Notes: a model not told the origin generated them from the sequence alone. A stretch of 32,134 nt of DNA from Octopus bimaculoides (GCF_001194135.2 NC_069005.1:27539518-27571651); one strand, 5' to 3'. Positions 9,660-20,275 are shown, counted from the first letter of the stretch. Made by a program: numbers and translations.

Positions 9660-10670
9660 CGACACTTATTTAGCACCACCATTTCTCTCTGTTTTGTTCA
9701 GCTTCCAGTTACCCCCCCCCCTCAAAAACAACAACAAAACAAACTAATTTCTCATCCTTTCTTCCCTATATCAGTGCTTTGTTTCTTCTTTCTTTCACTC
9801 CGACCTTTCTCCGCCAGTCGATATTTCTTTTTCTAGTCACACTTCACTTCCGTTGCTGTTTTTATTTCTCCTCTTTCACCTCTATCTTATTTATATCTCT
9901 TTATCTTTCTGAGTCCACTTTATCGCCATCTCGCCACTTTATTTCGTATTTCTTCCCTATTTTATTCTTCCCCATTATCGCTTTCATCTTCTCTTTTCAC
10001 TCAATCTCACTCACTCTCTCTTACATATCCCCCTCTCTTATATTTTTCTTTCTTTCTACTCTACGTCTCTTCATACCTTTCCCTTTACATTAACCCCCCC
10101 CTCACATTTTCTATATCTATCCTCTCCCTTTACTCTTCTCTCTCCTCCACGAATTTCTCTTCCTGACATTTCCGTTCACATTCCCTTTCCCTCTTTATAT
10201 ACCATTCATTTTTCTTCTCTCACCATCCTCCAATCCCCCTCTCTCTCACTCTCATTAATTTTTCCTTCCTGTCCTTCCCTCCTTCCTCTATATCTGCTTA
10301 CCACACACCCTCCCTCTCTATCTTTTCTTTTATCGTTCACTTTTTCTCCACCCTTTCTTTATCTTTTACTCTTTCCTTCTCATACTTTCCATTCGTCTTT
10401 CGCCGTATCTCTCCCACCATCCCCCAATTCTCCCTCTCTGCCACTCTTACTAACTTTTTCCTTATCCTTCCTCCTTCCTCTCTTACTTTATCATATCATA
10501 TCCCTTTCTTTATCTCTCTTCCCTTCTAACTTTCCTTTCATTTTCTTCCACGCCATCACTCCCACCATCCCCCGATCCCCCCTCTTTGTCATTCTCACTA
10601 ACTTTTTCTCTCTGTCCTTCCCCACCTTTCTCTATCCTATCTCTCTACTCCCTCTCATTCTATTCCTTAC
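9660..10670. repeat. About 1-kb aperiodic polypyrimidine (C/T-rich, G-poor) tract
   Basis: Direct reading. It is the source of the F/S/L-rich spurious ORFs. Confidence 0.9.
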
Positions 10671-10791
10671 TCGATCGTTTTCTCTTCTTTCTGTCAAATA
10701 ACGGCTCCAGGTTTCTGTCATGGCGCGGAGTTCAGAATACTTTTTCTCTTCCTCAAAGTCGCAAAGAAAATTAATATAACGGTATATATAT
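10671..10791 (-). CDS. Candidate exon of the minus-strand gene: ...YRYINFLCDFEEEKKYSELRAMTETWSRYLTERRENDR
   Basis: Donor CGA|GTAAGG (10665-10670), phase 0. Open frame with an internal gccATG in good Kozak context. The 5' boundary is uncertain, with only weak acceptors at 10792, 10804 and 10807. Confidence 0.4.
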
Positions 10792-11434
10792 CTATATATT
10801 ATTCTACTGTATACACACTAACTGTTTTTAAGGGTTTTCCTTGTTTCGCATACGTGTCAACAAGTAATCAACACACGTCTCTCTGTCTATTTCTCCCCTC
10901 TTTCTATTGTGTATTAACACATACATGACACCCGCATGCCCGTCTTTCTACAAATATGTAAGTATATACGTTTTGCATGTTTGTAAATATTATAAAACAT
11001 ATGTTTACATTATATTATAGACTTATTGTAGCGATCTAGGTATTGTACCGAAAGATGACCCTTATTGTTTGACTATAATGCTCTTTATGTTGCCGGAGGT
11101 GGTCTTATAATTTTCTGTAAAATATTATTTCATATTAAAAAAAACAACAATAACATATTTTTATATTTCCGTGTCTTCTCACACACAGACACACGAAATG
11201 ATCTGTAGTTAAGAAGTTCACTTCTTGCATAGATAGTTCCGTGTTCGATCGGGGTCTACTTCACATGGCACCACGGGCCAACAGCTGTAATTCTGCTAGT
11301 CTCGGGCTGATCACCAACGACCTATGAATGGAACTTGGTAGTTAGGGACACTAAACCGATGCCCATGTGTATGTATATATATATATATATATATATTCGG
11401 CGATCTTACGGTAAAGATCACCATATATTTTTTT

Positions 11435-11620
11435 ATTCTTTTACATGTTTCAGTTATTTGATTGCAGCCATGCTGGGGCACTGCCTCGAAGGGTTTTGTT
11501 TGTCGAACAAATCGACCCCAAGACTTATTTCATAATCCTTGTACTTATTCTGTCGGTCTGTTTCGCCGAACCCTCTAGATTACGGGACGTAAACACACCA
11601 ACACTTGTTGTCAAGCGGTG
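11435..11620 (-). mobile_element. SINE family A, 3' half
   Basis: Reverse complement of the family-A tail and body. Confidence 0.7.
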
Positions 11621-11751
11621 ATAGGGAGCGGGGGGCGGGGTGATGATGGCGAAAGTAAAGAATAAAGACACCCAGGATTAAGGTTAGGGTTAAGGTTTTT
11701 GTAACGCCGAAAACGAGTGGTGTGTGTATTCTTTACCTCTCTTGGGGAAAC

Positions 11752-11908
11752 AGGGCTTCAGTTTCCGTCTACCAAATCCACTTACAAGGTTTTTGTTAGC
11801 CCCAGGCTATAGCAGAAGACATTTGCCCAAGGTGCCACGCAGTGGGAATGAACCCTGGATCGTGTGGTTGGGAAGCAAACTTCTTACCACACAGCTAGAC
11901 TTGCACCT
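11752..11908 (-). mobile_element. SINE family A, 5' half
   Basis: Reverse complement of the head, with A and B boxes. Confidence 0.75.
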
Positions 11909-12243
11909 ATATATATAATATCTGCTTGTGTTTACGTTTGCTTATTCCGTGTACTTTTATATTGTATAACCTCGCTGTTCGACAAATGGTCTCTGATAAA
12001 ATAGGTTCTCGACGGAAATAAGTACTAGCATCGATCTGTTTGACTAACTCCTTGAAACCGGTGATACAGTATGGGCCCCAGTCCAACAACTGAGATCAGT
12101 AAAAGGTCTCCGTCCCTCCGTATAAATNNNNNNNNNNNNNNNNNNNNNNNNNNNNNNNNNNNNNNNNNNNNNNNNNNNNNNNNNNNNNNNNNNNNNNNNN
12201 NNNNNNNNNNNNNNNNNNNNNNNNNNNNNNNNNNNNNNNNNNN

Positions 12244-12378
12244 TTGTGGTAAGAAACTTGCTTCTTAACCACATACTTCCGGGTTCAGTTCCACTGTGTG
12301 ACACCTTGGGCAAGTGTCTTCTATTATAGCCTCAGGCTGACCAAAGCCTTGTGAGTGGATTTGGTAGATGGAAACTGA
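12244..12378 (+). mobile_element. SINE family A, 5' half, ending at the hairpin element
   Basis: ggttcagttcc B-box and ccttgggcaagtgtcttct body. Similarity stops at gaaactga. Confidence 0.8.
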
Positions 12379-12575
12379 TAGTCCCCTGAAGGGAATAATT
12401 CTACTCTTGGTTAGACCTAGGAAGCTGCACTGCTTTCTGTTGGCCTTGACACATTTCCTCTGTCCTCTCCCCCCTGTAAACATAAGGACACAGGAAATGT
12501 GTCAAGGCCGACAGGAAGCGGTGCAGCTTCCTATGTCTAACCAGCAGTAGTATTATTCCCCTCAGGGGACTGTCA
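12376..12575. mobile_element. Hairpin MITE-like element (91-bp arms, 18-nt loop)
   Basis: Arms 12376-12466 and 12485-12575 are reverse complements with 10 mismatches by manual alignment. Confidence 0.8.
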
Positions 12576-12699
12576 CATTAAGTTGACAGCATACAACTAC
12601 TTCATGAGCGAGATACTGTAGAAACTACTACTCTGTTCTCAGCAATCCTGGTTTGGATTAAGTTGACAGCATACAACTACTTCATTGTCTCACTACTGC

Positions 12700-13051
12700 A
12701 TAAATCTCTCTGAGAGATTTAGAAATGTATTATTTCTAAAATTTTGCTCATGGTTTTGGCATTATCTTGGAGAGTGCCATTTTCATCTATTGGAGGGCCA
12801 ACAGTGGAGACAGTGACCTTGTGTGTTTATGCTAAAGAGAACAACACCTTGGGGGTTGAGTTTGATTTTTTCATTGGCCCATTTCTCCTCAGCTGTTCTT
12901 TGGTTATTGATGATGGTCTTCCTGTATTGTTGGAAGTTATATTTTTCTTGATTCAAGCTGGATGATAGCCGTTGAATATATGTGTGGCTGTTGCCAGTAT
13001 TTTAGTTTGTTAATTTTTTTGCTTGTTCTTTTTATTTTTTTGATAATAGCT

Positions 13052-13056
<5 letters not shown>
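12700..13056 (-). mobile_element. Degenerate CR1/L2-type LINE ORF2 fragment (endonuclease-RT linker)
   Basis: Frameshifted minus translation EEKWANEKIKLNPQGVVLFSIN...TVSTVGPPIDENGTLQDNAKTMSKILE resembles the CR1-clade motif VGPLxDENG...MAEILN. Confidence 0.6.
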
Positions 13057-13094
<38 letters not shown>

Positions 13095-13096
<2 letters not shown>

Positions 13097-13368
13097 TGAG
13101 ATCATTGCCAGTGCCCCTGGACTGGCTCTTGTGCTGGTGGCACATAAAATACACCATCTTGAGCGTGGCCGTTGCCAGTACCGCCTGACTGGCCTTCGTG
13201 CGGGTGATACGTAAAAGCACCCACTACACTCTCTGAGTGGTTGGCGTTAGGAAGGGCATCCAGCTGTAGAAACTCTGCCAAATCGGATTGGAGCCTGGTG
13301 TAGCCATCTGGTTTCACCAGTCCTCAGTCAAATCGTCCAACCCATGCTAGCATGGAAAGCGGACGTTA
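13095..13368 (+). mobile_element. SINE family D, 3' part ((GAT)n-tailed family)
   Basis: tggttggcgttaggaagggcatccagc ... ccatgctagcatggaaagcggacgttaa. Confidence 0.85.
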
Positions 13369-13646
13369 ANNNNNNNNNNNNNNNNNNNNNNNNNNNNNNN
13401 NNNNNNNNNNNNNNNNNNNNNNNNNNNNNNNNNNNNNNNNNNNNNNNNNNNNNNNNNNNNNNNNNNNNNNNNNNNNNNNNNNNNNNNNNNNNNNNNNNNN
13501 NNNNNNNNNNNNNNNNNNNNNNNNNNNNNNNNNNNNNNNNNNNNNNNNNNNNNNNNNNNNNNNNNNNNNNNNNNNNNNNNNNNNNNNNNNNNNNNNNNNN
13601 NNNNNNNNNNNNNNNNNNNNNNNNNNNNNNNNNNNNNNNNNNNNNA

Positions 13647-14100
13647 TCATCATCATCATCATTTAATGTCTGCTTTCCATGCTAGCATGGGTTGGACGAT
13701 TTGACTGGGGACTGGCGAACCAGATGGCTGCACCAGACTCCAATCTGATCTGGCAGAGTTTCTACAGCTGGATGCCCTTCCTAATGCCAACCACTCCGAG
13801 AGTGCAGTGGGTGCTTTTTACATGCCACCGGCACAGGAGCTAGTCCAGCGGTACTGGCAACGGCCACGCTCAAAATGGTGTATTTTACGTGCCACCTGCA
13901 CAAGAGCCAGTCCAATGTTTTGTTCACATGCCACCGGCACGAGTGCCAGTAAGGCGAAGCTGGAAACGATCGTGCTCAAATGGTGGTCTTTACGTGCCAC
14001 CGGCACGGAAACGAGACCGCTGCTCTGGCAGTGATCCCGCTCGGATGGTGCTGTTAGCACTCACTGGCATGGGTGCCAGTCATCGAATTTGGTTCAGTTT
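13647..14100 (-). mobile_element. SINE family D, tail-to-tail with 13095-13368
   Basis: (atc)n tail then the reverse complement of the same body. Internal modules gtgccaccggcac repeat about 4 times. Confidence 0.85.
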
Positions 14101-14828
14101 CGATATTATAATGTATGTATGTACACATATATGGTGGCACCTGTTTCTCCTTCCTGCCAGCACAGTTGTCTAGTATGTAATAAAATGTGTAAAAGCTTGG
14201 CCGGGCTTAAAAGTCCATATAAGGGCATCACATGGCAACACTCGTGGATCATCTCAGTAAGTCTTCTTGGCAATGGATTTTCTTGTGTAACGAGGATGCA
14301 ACTGTGCCAACCACTTTACAGTGTGGACTGGATGCTTGTTACGTGGCACCAGCACTGACAAGTAATTTGCAAGATGAAGATTCTTTGAAAGGGGGAGGGG
14401 CCTTGGAAGAGGTGATCTTGTGCTAGATGATGAAAGGTTAGAGTGTGACAGAGAGAGAGAGAAACATGAGATGCTGTAGAGGAGATACATCGTTATCTGG
14501 CCAGAGAGAGAGAGAAAGAGAGAGAGAGGAAGAGTGAAAAAGAGAGATTATGATTTTTGCAATCTGTTTCCACATGAATGCTTTTGTTCCCTAAGGAAAG
14601 TTTTATTTTTTTGATGATGCTTGGTTTCACAATTCCTGTCATTCAGCTTAGCAGTCGCTGATTAAGTTGTAGTTTGGTAATGGAAGGTTAAGGGCTTCCT
14701 TGATGCCTGCCAGAGAAGCAAGTAGCTATCACCATCGAAGGCATCAAGGTGAAGAGTGCTTTGTGGAGGAGTGAGGTGTTGTCACGTAGAAGGTCTGTCA
14801 CGCAACTGCCTAACAAAGTGAAACTCAC

Positions 14829-14880
14829 TCTTTAAGTACCAGTTTTACTACGCATGCGCACTCGAGGGGCTTCCGGTGGT
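14829..14880 (-). other. Candidate first (non-coding) exon of the minus-strand gene
   Basis: Donor AGA|GTGAGT at 14823-14828, directly beside the promoter motif cluster. The TSS is not determinable. Confidence 0.35.
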
Positions 14881-14950
14881 GAAGTCCCCTGCGCATGCGC
14901 AGAATAGTACTTCCTCAATGGCGGCTATAATTTCGCGCCACTACACTTCC
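14849..14950. promoter_or_regulatory. Housekeeping-type, probably bidirectional promoter
   Basis: NRF1 palindromes tacgcatgcgca (14849-14860) and tgcgcatgcgca (14890-14901). ETS/GABP cttccgg (14870-14876). YY1-like aatggcggc (14917-14925). E2F-like tttcgcgcc (14931-14939). ZNF143/THAP11-like actacacttcc (14940-14950). Locally CpG-rich, unique sequence. Confidence 0.75.
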
Positions 14951-14999
14951 ATACCTGGAATATCTTGTTTTTTTACTTCTGTTGAAGATTTCACAATAA
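14900..14999 (+). other. Candidate first exon of TMCO4 (contains ATG 14918)
   Basis: Donor TAA|GTAGGT at 15000. The ATG-initiated frame (MAAIISRHYTS...DFTI) exits in phase 1, the phase required by exon 26857. The start coordinate is approximate. Confidence 0.45.
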
Positions 15000-15179
15000 G
15001 TAGGTTGTCAGAAAATAGTTGTTCTCTACGGCAACCAGTCTTAACTCTGTTATGGCTTGGAGGACCATTGATGTAGAAGAGGGGGACTAAGAACTAAACC
15101 CTGTCATACATGCAGTGTTCATTTTCAATCTTCCCTGAAAAAGGAAAATAAAAAAAAAGAACATGTTAATCCCAGGGGA

Positions 15180-15400
15180 AATATTGGTTTCAAACTTTGG
15201 TAGAAGGCCAGCAATTTCAGGGAGAGGGTAAGTCGATTACATTGACCCCAGTGTCCAACTGGTACTTCTTTGATCGATCCTAAAGGAATAAAAGGCAAAG
15301 TCGCCCTCAGCAGAATTTGAACTCAGAACATAAAGATGAGTGACATGCCATTAAGCATTTTGCTCTGTGTGTTAACAATTCTGCCACTTTGCTGCCTTAT
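15180..15400 (-). mobile_element. SINE family B monomer, degraded
   Basis: gaatttgaactcagaac and ggcaaagtcg motifs in reverse orientation. Confidence 0.75.
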
Positions 15401-15503
15401 CCCGATGGAAATATTACTTTGCTTGGACCTAGGCAGCCCATAATGCTGGTCAGATCTCATGTCCAACCAGCTACTGTATCCAGAATCTGGGATGTGTCTT
15501 GTT

Positions 15504-15690
15504 CATCATCATCGTTTAACGTCCGCTTTCCATGCTAGCATGGGTTGGACGATTTGACTGAGAGGACTGGTGAAACCGGATGGCTACACCAGGCTCCAAT
15601 CTGATTTGGCAGAGTTTCTACAGCCGGATGCCCTTCCTAACGCCAACCACTCCAAGAGTGTAGTGGGTGCTTTTACGTGTCACCCGCACG
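15504..15690 (-). mobile_element. SINE family D, 3' part
   Basis: catcatcatcgtttaacgtccgctttccatgctagc ... ggatgcccttcctaacgccaacca. Confidence 0.85.
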
Positions 15691-15704
15691 AAGGCCGATT
15701 TAAG

Positions 15705-15930
15705 AGCGTCAGCTTAAACTGTTTGGTTATGATTGCTTGATTGTCTGGGTCCCATCCTGTGTATTGTGCTCTCTTCTCTGAGGATCTGGCTGGGGTGATG
15801 GCTCATGTTGGTCAGTCACATGCATGCCACATGGTCACAGGAGATGAGGAAGTATCTCATAGAAATGGGGTCTGACTAGGACACTGGTCATGGGTTTCTC
15901 GGGATGACCTGAACAAATACTGATAAATGG
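15705..15930 (+). mobile_element. Heavily degraded RTE-clade LINE 3' fragment
   Basis: Broken translation QLKLFGY...SHPVYCALFSEDLAG...WSQEMRKYLIEMG resembles the RTE ORF2 C-terminus. Confidence 0.4.
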
Positions 15931-16509
15931 TGGATGCAGTGACGCGTTGCAATGGCGCATGCCTCCATACCTGACCTGGCACATGTAAGTGTTGGCAACA
16001 GGAAGGGCATCCAGTCTTAGAAAGATCTGCTTCAACGAATTCCGTCTGACCTATACAAGCATGAAAAAGTGAATATTAAAGAGATGATGATGATGTGTGT
16101 GTGTGTGTATATGCATGTATCTGTGTGTTTATGCGTGCACATGTGTATGCCTGTGTACTTTGAGGGAGATTTGGTTGCTATTTCTAGCAGGCTCAGTACC
16201 ACATTTAATTTCCCTTTCTAGCTCTGTAAGAAATACATATTCTCAGCCATTGGTCAGCTGGTGTCATGTGACTTGGTGGATCTGATTCAACATGGACAAG
16301 CATTTAGCTTTGTTGTTTAACCCTAGGTCAACCCTGATCAAGCAGACCTATGATTAAAGGCATTCCAGCCATGCCCAGCACTACTATCTCTTTGCCTGTA
16401 GCAAAACTAAGACAGATGGTGTATGTCTTCCCTTTCTCAAGACATTAAGATATTATTTGAGAGTAGTTTGGCTGCTATTTCTGTTAGGTGTGGCTTTTTT
16501 TTTTGTCAG

Positions 16510-16566
16510 TCTATTGCTGAGTCGCCTCTACATGTCACCTGCCTGATTGTGTTACCTGTTCGAAAG
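16510..16566 (+). other. Candidate 57-nt 5'-UTR exon of TMCO4
   Basis: Acceptor ctttttttttt-gtcAG, donor AAG|GTAAGA. Has a stop in the frame entering from ATG 14918. Confidence 0.45.
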
Positions 16567-16734
16567 GTAAGATATTTGTTCTCTTAACCTTTATCCCACA
16601 AACGGATGATTAAAACTTTGTTATGAGTCACTGAAGGTGTTTCTATGTGGTTGCTTGAAATCTTCTAGAAATAGCAGCTGAGTCTCCCTGAAATCACACC
16701 TTTCTGCAGTAATTCACCCCCTTGTTTTTGACTT

Positions 16735-16960
16735 TTATCTTGTACACGTTTCAGCCATTAGACTGTGGCCATGCTGGGGCGCTGCCTTGAATTTATAGAT
16801 GAATGCATTCACACCAGTACTGTTTTTTAAAGCCTGGTACTTATTCTATTGATCACTTTTGCTGAACTGCTATGTTATGGGGGACATGAACACACCAACA
16901 CCAGTTGTCAAGTAGGGGAGTGGTGGGGACAAACAAAGACACACATACATAGACATGTAC
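16735..16960 (-). mobile_element. SINE family A, 3' half
   Basis: Reverse complement of the family-A body and tail. Confidence 0.75.
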
Positions 16961-17082
16961 ATACATATATTTAAAGATATATGAAGGATATATGTCTTGA
17001 GCCTGAAATAAAACAAAACATGGTACAAGACTTCTGATGAGGGTACAAGACTCCAAGGCACAAAATTATTCATACACCCCTC

Positions 17083-17133
<51 letters not shown>

Positions 17134-17137
17134 TATA

Positions 17138-17170
17138 TAGGGTGGCCCAAAAGTAGGTTTACAGTTATTC
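17138..17170. mobile_element. Tc1/mariner-like terminal sequence in a (TA)n tract
   Basis: ta-gggtggcccaaaagtaggtttacagtt. The other end is hidden by the gap. Confidence 0.4.
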
Positions 17171-17509
17171 AACTATCTCTTTTGTATTCATATATTAACA
17201 GTTTAGATCTTAGTTATAAAAAAATATGAAACCATTATTCTGTGCTAATTTAGTTAATTGTAAGACAGAAATTTAAATGTAATAAAATGTTTTAAAAGAA
17301 ATTTAAAGNNNNNNNNNNNNNNNNNNNNNNNNNNNNNNNNNNNNNNNNNNNNNNNNNNNNNNNNNNNNNNNNNNNNNNNNNNNNNNNNNNNNNNNNNNNN
17401 NNNNNNNNNNNNNNNNNNNNNNNNNNNNNNNNNNNNNNTATATATATATATATTTGCCCTTAACTTGTTAGCAATGCAGTATTAAAATCAATAAGTACTG
17501 AGTACTGCA

Positions 17510-17630
17510 ATAATTGCCATGAGAGAACCTCTCATATGGGCTTTTGGTGCACATAAGCACTCTTGTTTATATGACTAGCAGGAGATAAATCACTGCCATG
17601 GCCACCACCAAGACTACCAGATCACATGAT
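17510..17630 (-). repeat. Unclassified interspersed repeat family G
   Basis: Reverse complement aligns to 28863-29045 and 29198-29400 (atcacatgatctggt...gatttatctc...gagtgc...gcaccaaaagcc.atat). Confidence 0.7.
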
Positions 17631-17698
17631 TTCATCTTTCCTTGGCCTTATCAGTGGTAGACGCCCAAAGCTAGACATAGCAGTGATACTTCTGTCAA

Positions 17699-18029
17699 TT
17701 GTTGTTGTTGGCACCCTGTCGCTTACGACGACGACAAGGGTCCCAGTTGATCTGATCAACAGAACAGCCTGCTCGTGAAATTAACGTGCAAGTGACTGAG
17801 CACTCCACAGACACGTGTACCCTTAACGTAGTTCTCGGGGATATTCAGCGTGACACAGTGTGACAAGGCTGGCCCTTTGAATTACAGGCACAACAGAAAC
17901 AGGAAGTAAGAGTGAGAGAAAGTTGTGGTGAAAGAGTACTGCAGGGTTCGCCACCATCCCCTGCCGGAGCCTCGTGGAGCATTAGGTGTTTTCGCTCAAT
18001 AAACACTCACAACGCCCGGTGTGAGAATC
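17699..18029 (-). mobile_element. SINE family C, 5'-truncated, (AAC)n tail
   Basis: Matches 9204-9464 and extends it to the 3' end. Confidence 0.85.
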
Positions 18030-18164
18030 ACTTCCGTCAGTAATATACCAAGAATCTCACTGTTAGTTTGGGGATTTGTGTTGTGAATAGCCTGTAGGCT
18101 TACTGAAAATAATTATGGGCAACAGAAGCAGTATTAATACCAAACGGTAATATTTATCCCCATC

Positions 18165-18328
18165 CACTACACTCTCTGAGTGGTTGGCGTTAGGAAGGGC
18201 ATCCAGCTGTAGAAACTCTGCCAAATCAGATTGGAGCCTGGTGTTGCCATCCGGTTTCACCAGTCCTCAGTCAAATCGTCCAACCCATGCTAGCATGGAA
18301 AGCGGACGTTAAATGATGATGATGATGA
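18165..18328 (+). mobile_element. SINE family D, 3' part
   Basis: Same body, (gat)n tail. Confidence 0.88.
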
Positions 18329-18454
18329 TTCAAAAGTGGATGCTGTGCTAGAACACAATAGTGCAGTAGTTAACCCTGAGAGAACCTTTGAGATGGGCTT
18401 TCGGTGCATTCAAACAACCTTGTTTATCTGTGTTATACCAATAAAGAGTCATTC

Positions 18455-18490
18455 TAGAATTCAGTGTGCACAATCAAACACTCCCTCACT

Positions 18491-18544
<54 letters not shown>

Positions 18545-18573
18545 TATGTTTGCTCAGTTTCTCTCACATATGC

Positions 18574-18627
<54 letters not shown>

Positions 18628-18783
18628 TGCTCTCTCTGCTCCTCTCAGATTCAGTGTATACTGACACACACGCAGAAATACTCTCAAATTCAATGCTTGT
18701 ACATACACACACACACACATGACACATGCACACACAAAGACACATTATACGCACAAATACTCATCCTTTTGAATTAGGTAGGC

Positions 18784-18828
<45 letters not shown>

Positions 18829-19119
18829 ACTGAAACTGACACACAGAAACACAACACACAAATCATTCTCAGAAATGCTTGTTCTTTTGAATTAGGTGGG
18901 TACGCACACACACACACTAACACACACACACTAACACACACACAAACACTCATTCTCTTGACTTCAGTATGCACAAATATGCACATACACTAACACACTC
19001 ACACACTCACACACACACACACACACACAAATATTCATTCTCTTCAATTCAGTATACACACACACACATATTCATTCTCTCTCTCTCTCACACACACACA
19101 CATTCATTCTTTTGAATTT

Positions 19120-19159
<40 letters not shown>

Positions 19160-19255
19160 AATACTCATTCTTTTGAATTCAGTACACACACACATGCACA
19201 CATACTTGCATGCACACACACACACACACATACACATATTCACTCTCTTGAATTC

Positions 19256-19297
<42 letters not shown>

Positions 19298-19430
19298 CAG
19301 TCTCTTGAATTCCATGCGTGTGCACACACACACACACACACACATACACACACAGAGTCAGTCTCTTAAATTCCATGCACGCTCATCCACACACACACAC
19401 ACACACGCACACATACACTCATGCTAACAC
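18455..19430. repeat. Compound (CT)n/(CA)n array with a recurring core of about 21 bp (ctcattctcttgaattcagta)
   Basis: About 10 recognisable core copies between 18760 and 19380, separated by variable (CA)n. Confidence 0.85.
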
Positions 19431-19450
19431 ACACTTTTTCTTTTTATTAG

Positions 19451-19495
19451 TCGATGACATTTCCACACTGAAATTCTTCTGTGCTTTTATGAGTG
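19451..19495 (+). other. Candidate 45-nt cassette exon of TMCO4 (5' UTR or N-terminal extension)
   Basis: Branch point CTAAC (19424-19428), U-rich tract, TAG acceptor, donor GTG|GTGAGT. Open in phase 1-1 (DDISTLKFFCAFMS). Confidence 0.45.
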
Positions 19496-19632
19496 GTGAG
19501 TTATTAGAACCATTAAAACGAAGGAGAAACAAACAGCTGTGATATTTAACTGAGGACCTTTTTTTCCATTCATTCCAAGTTCATCTCTCTCTCAGGTCAA
19601 CTTTGCTTTTCCTCCTTTTGAGGTAAGATAAC

Positions 19633-19800
19633 ATCATCATCATCATCGTCATCGTTTTGTTGTTTTAACATCCACTTCTCCATGTCTGCATGGGTCAGAT
19701 GGAATTCGTTGAGGTGCATTTTTTGGTTTTTTGCAGCTGGATGCCTTGCCTGTCACCGACCCTCACTTGTTTCCGACCAAGATAATATTTCCCCATGAGC
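19633..19800 (-). mobile_element. SINE family D-related, 3' part
   Basis: (cat)n tail, ttctccatgtctgcatggg, gcagctggatgccttgcctgtcacc. Confidence 0.65.
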
Positions 19801-19959
19801 AGGTGTATTTTTCCGTGGAATCGTTACAAACCGAACAAAGGATACAACTTGTGTGATGGTGACATTCATTCACAACTGTCATGTGATGTCAAGGCAAGGA
19901 GACCGTTACACACACATTTACACATGTGTGAGAGTGCATGTGTGTGTGTGCATGTGTGT

Positions 19960-20271
19960 GTATTTTCTTGTCTTGCAGGTTACTTGGTGACCCTGTCAGT
20001 GTATGGGCCACTTAAAAAGCATCCAGTCTACACTGTACAGTGGTTGGCATTTGGAAGAGCATCCAGCTGTAAAAACCTTGCCAAAACTGACCTCACCTGT
20101 GCTTTTGCCATGTAAAAAGCCCTGCCGGGTGGTTGGTGTTAGGAAGGGCATCCAGCCATAAGAATCTTGCTAAAACAGTCACAAAAGTCTGGTGCAAGCT
20201 TCTGACTGGCTGGCTCTTGTCAAACTGTCCCACCCATGCCAGCATGGAAAGTGGATGTTAAATCATGATGA

Positions 20272-20275
<4 letters not shown>
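19960..20275 (+). mobile_element. SINE family D, degraded, with duplicated ggttgg..ttaggaagggcatccagc module
   Basis: The module appears at about 20041 and 20130. Ends in a (gat)n tail. Confidence 0.7.

Noticed and set aside
11678-11696. Telomere-like ttaaggttagggttaaggtt
   Set aside because: Only one intact TTAGGG, too short for an interstitial telomeric array.
17034-17060. CTGATGA followed by a weak stem
   Set aside because: No GAAA and no stem I.
18755-19380. Repeat-spacer look resembling a CRISPR array
   Set aside because: Eukaryotic context, spacers are simple (CA)n, repeats drift, and there are no cas genes.
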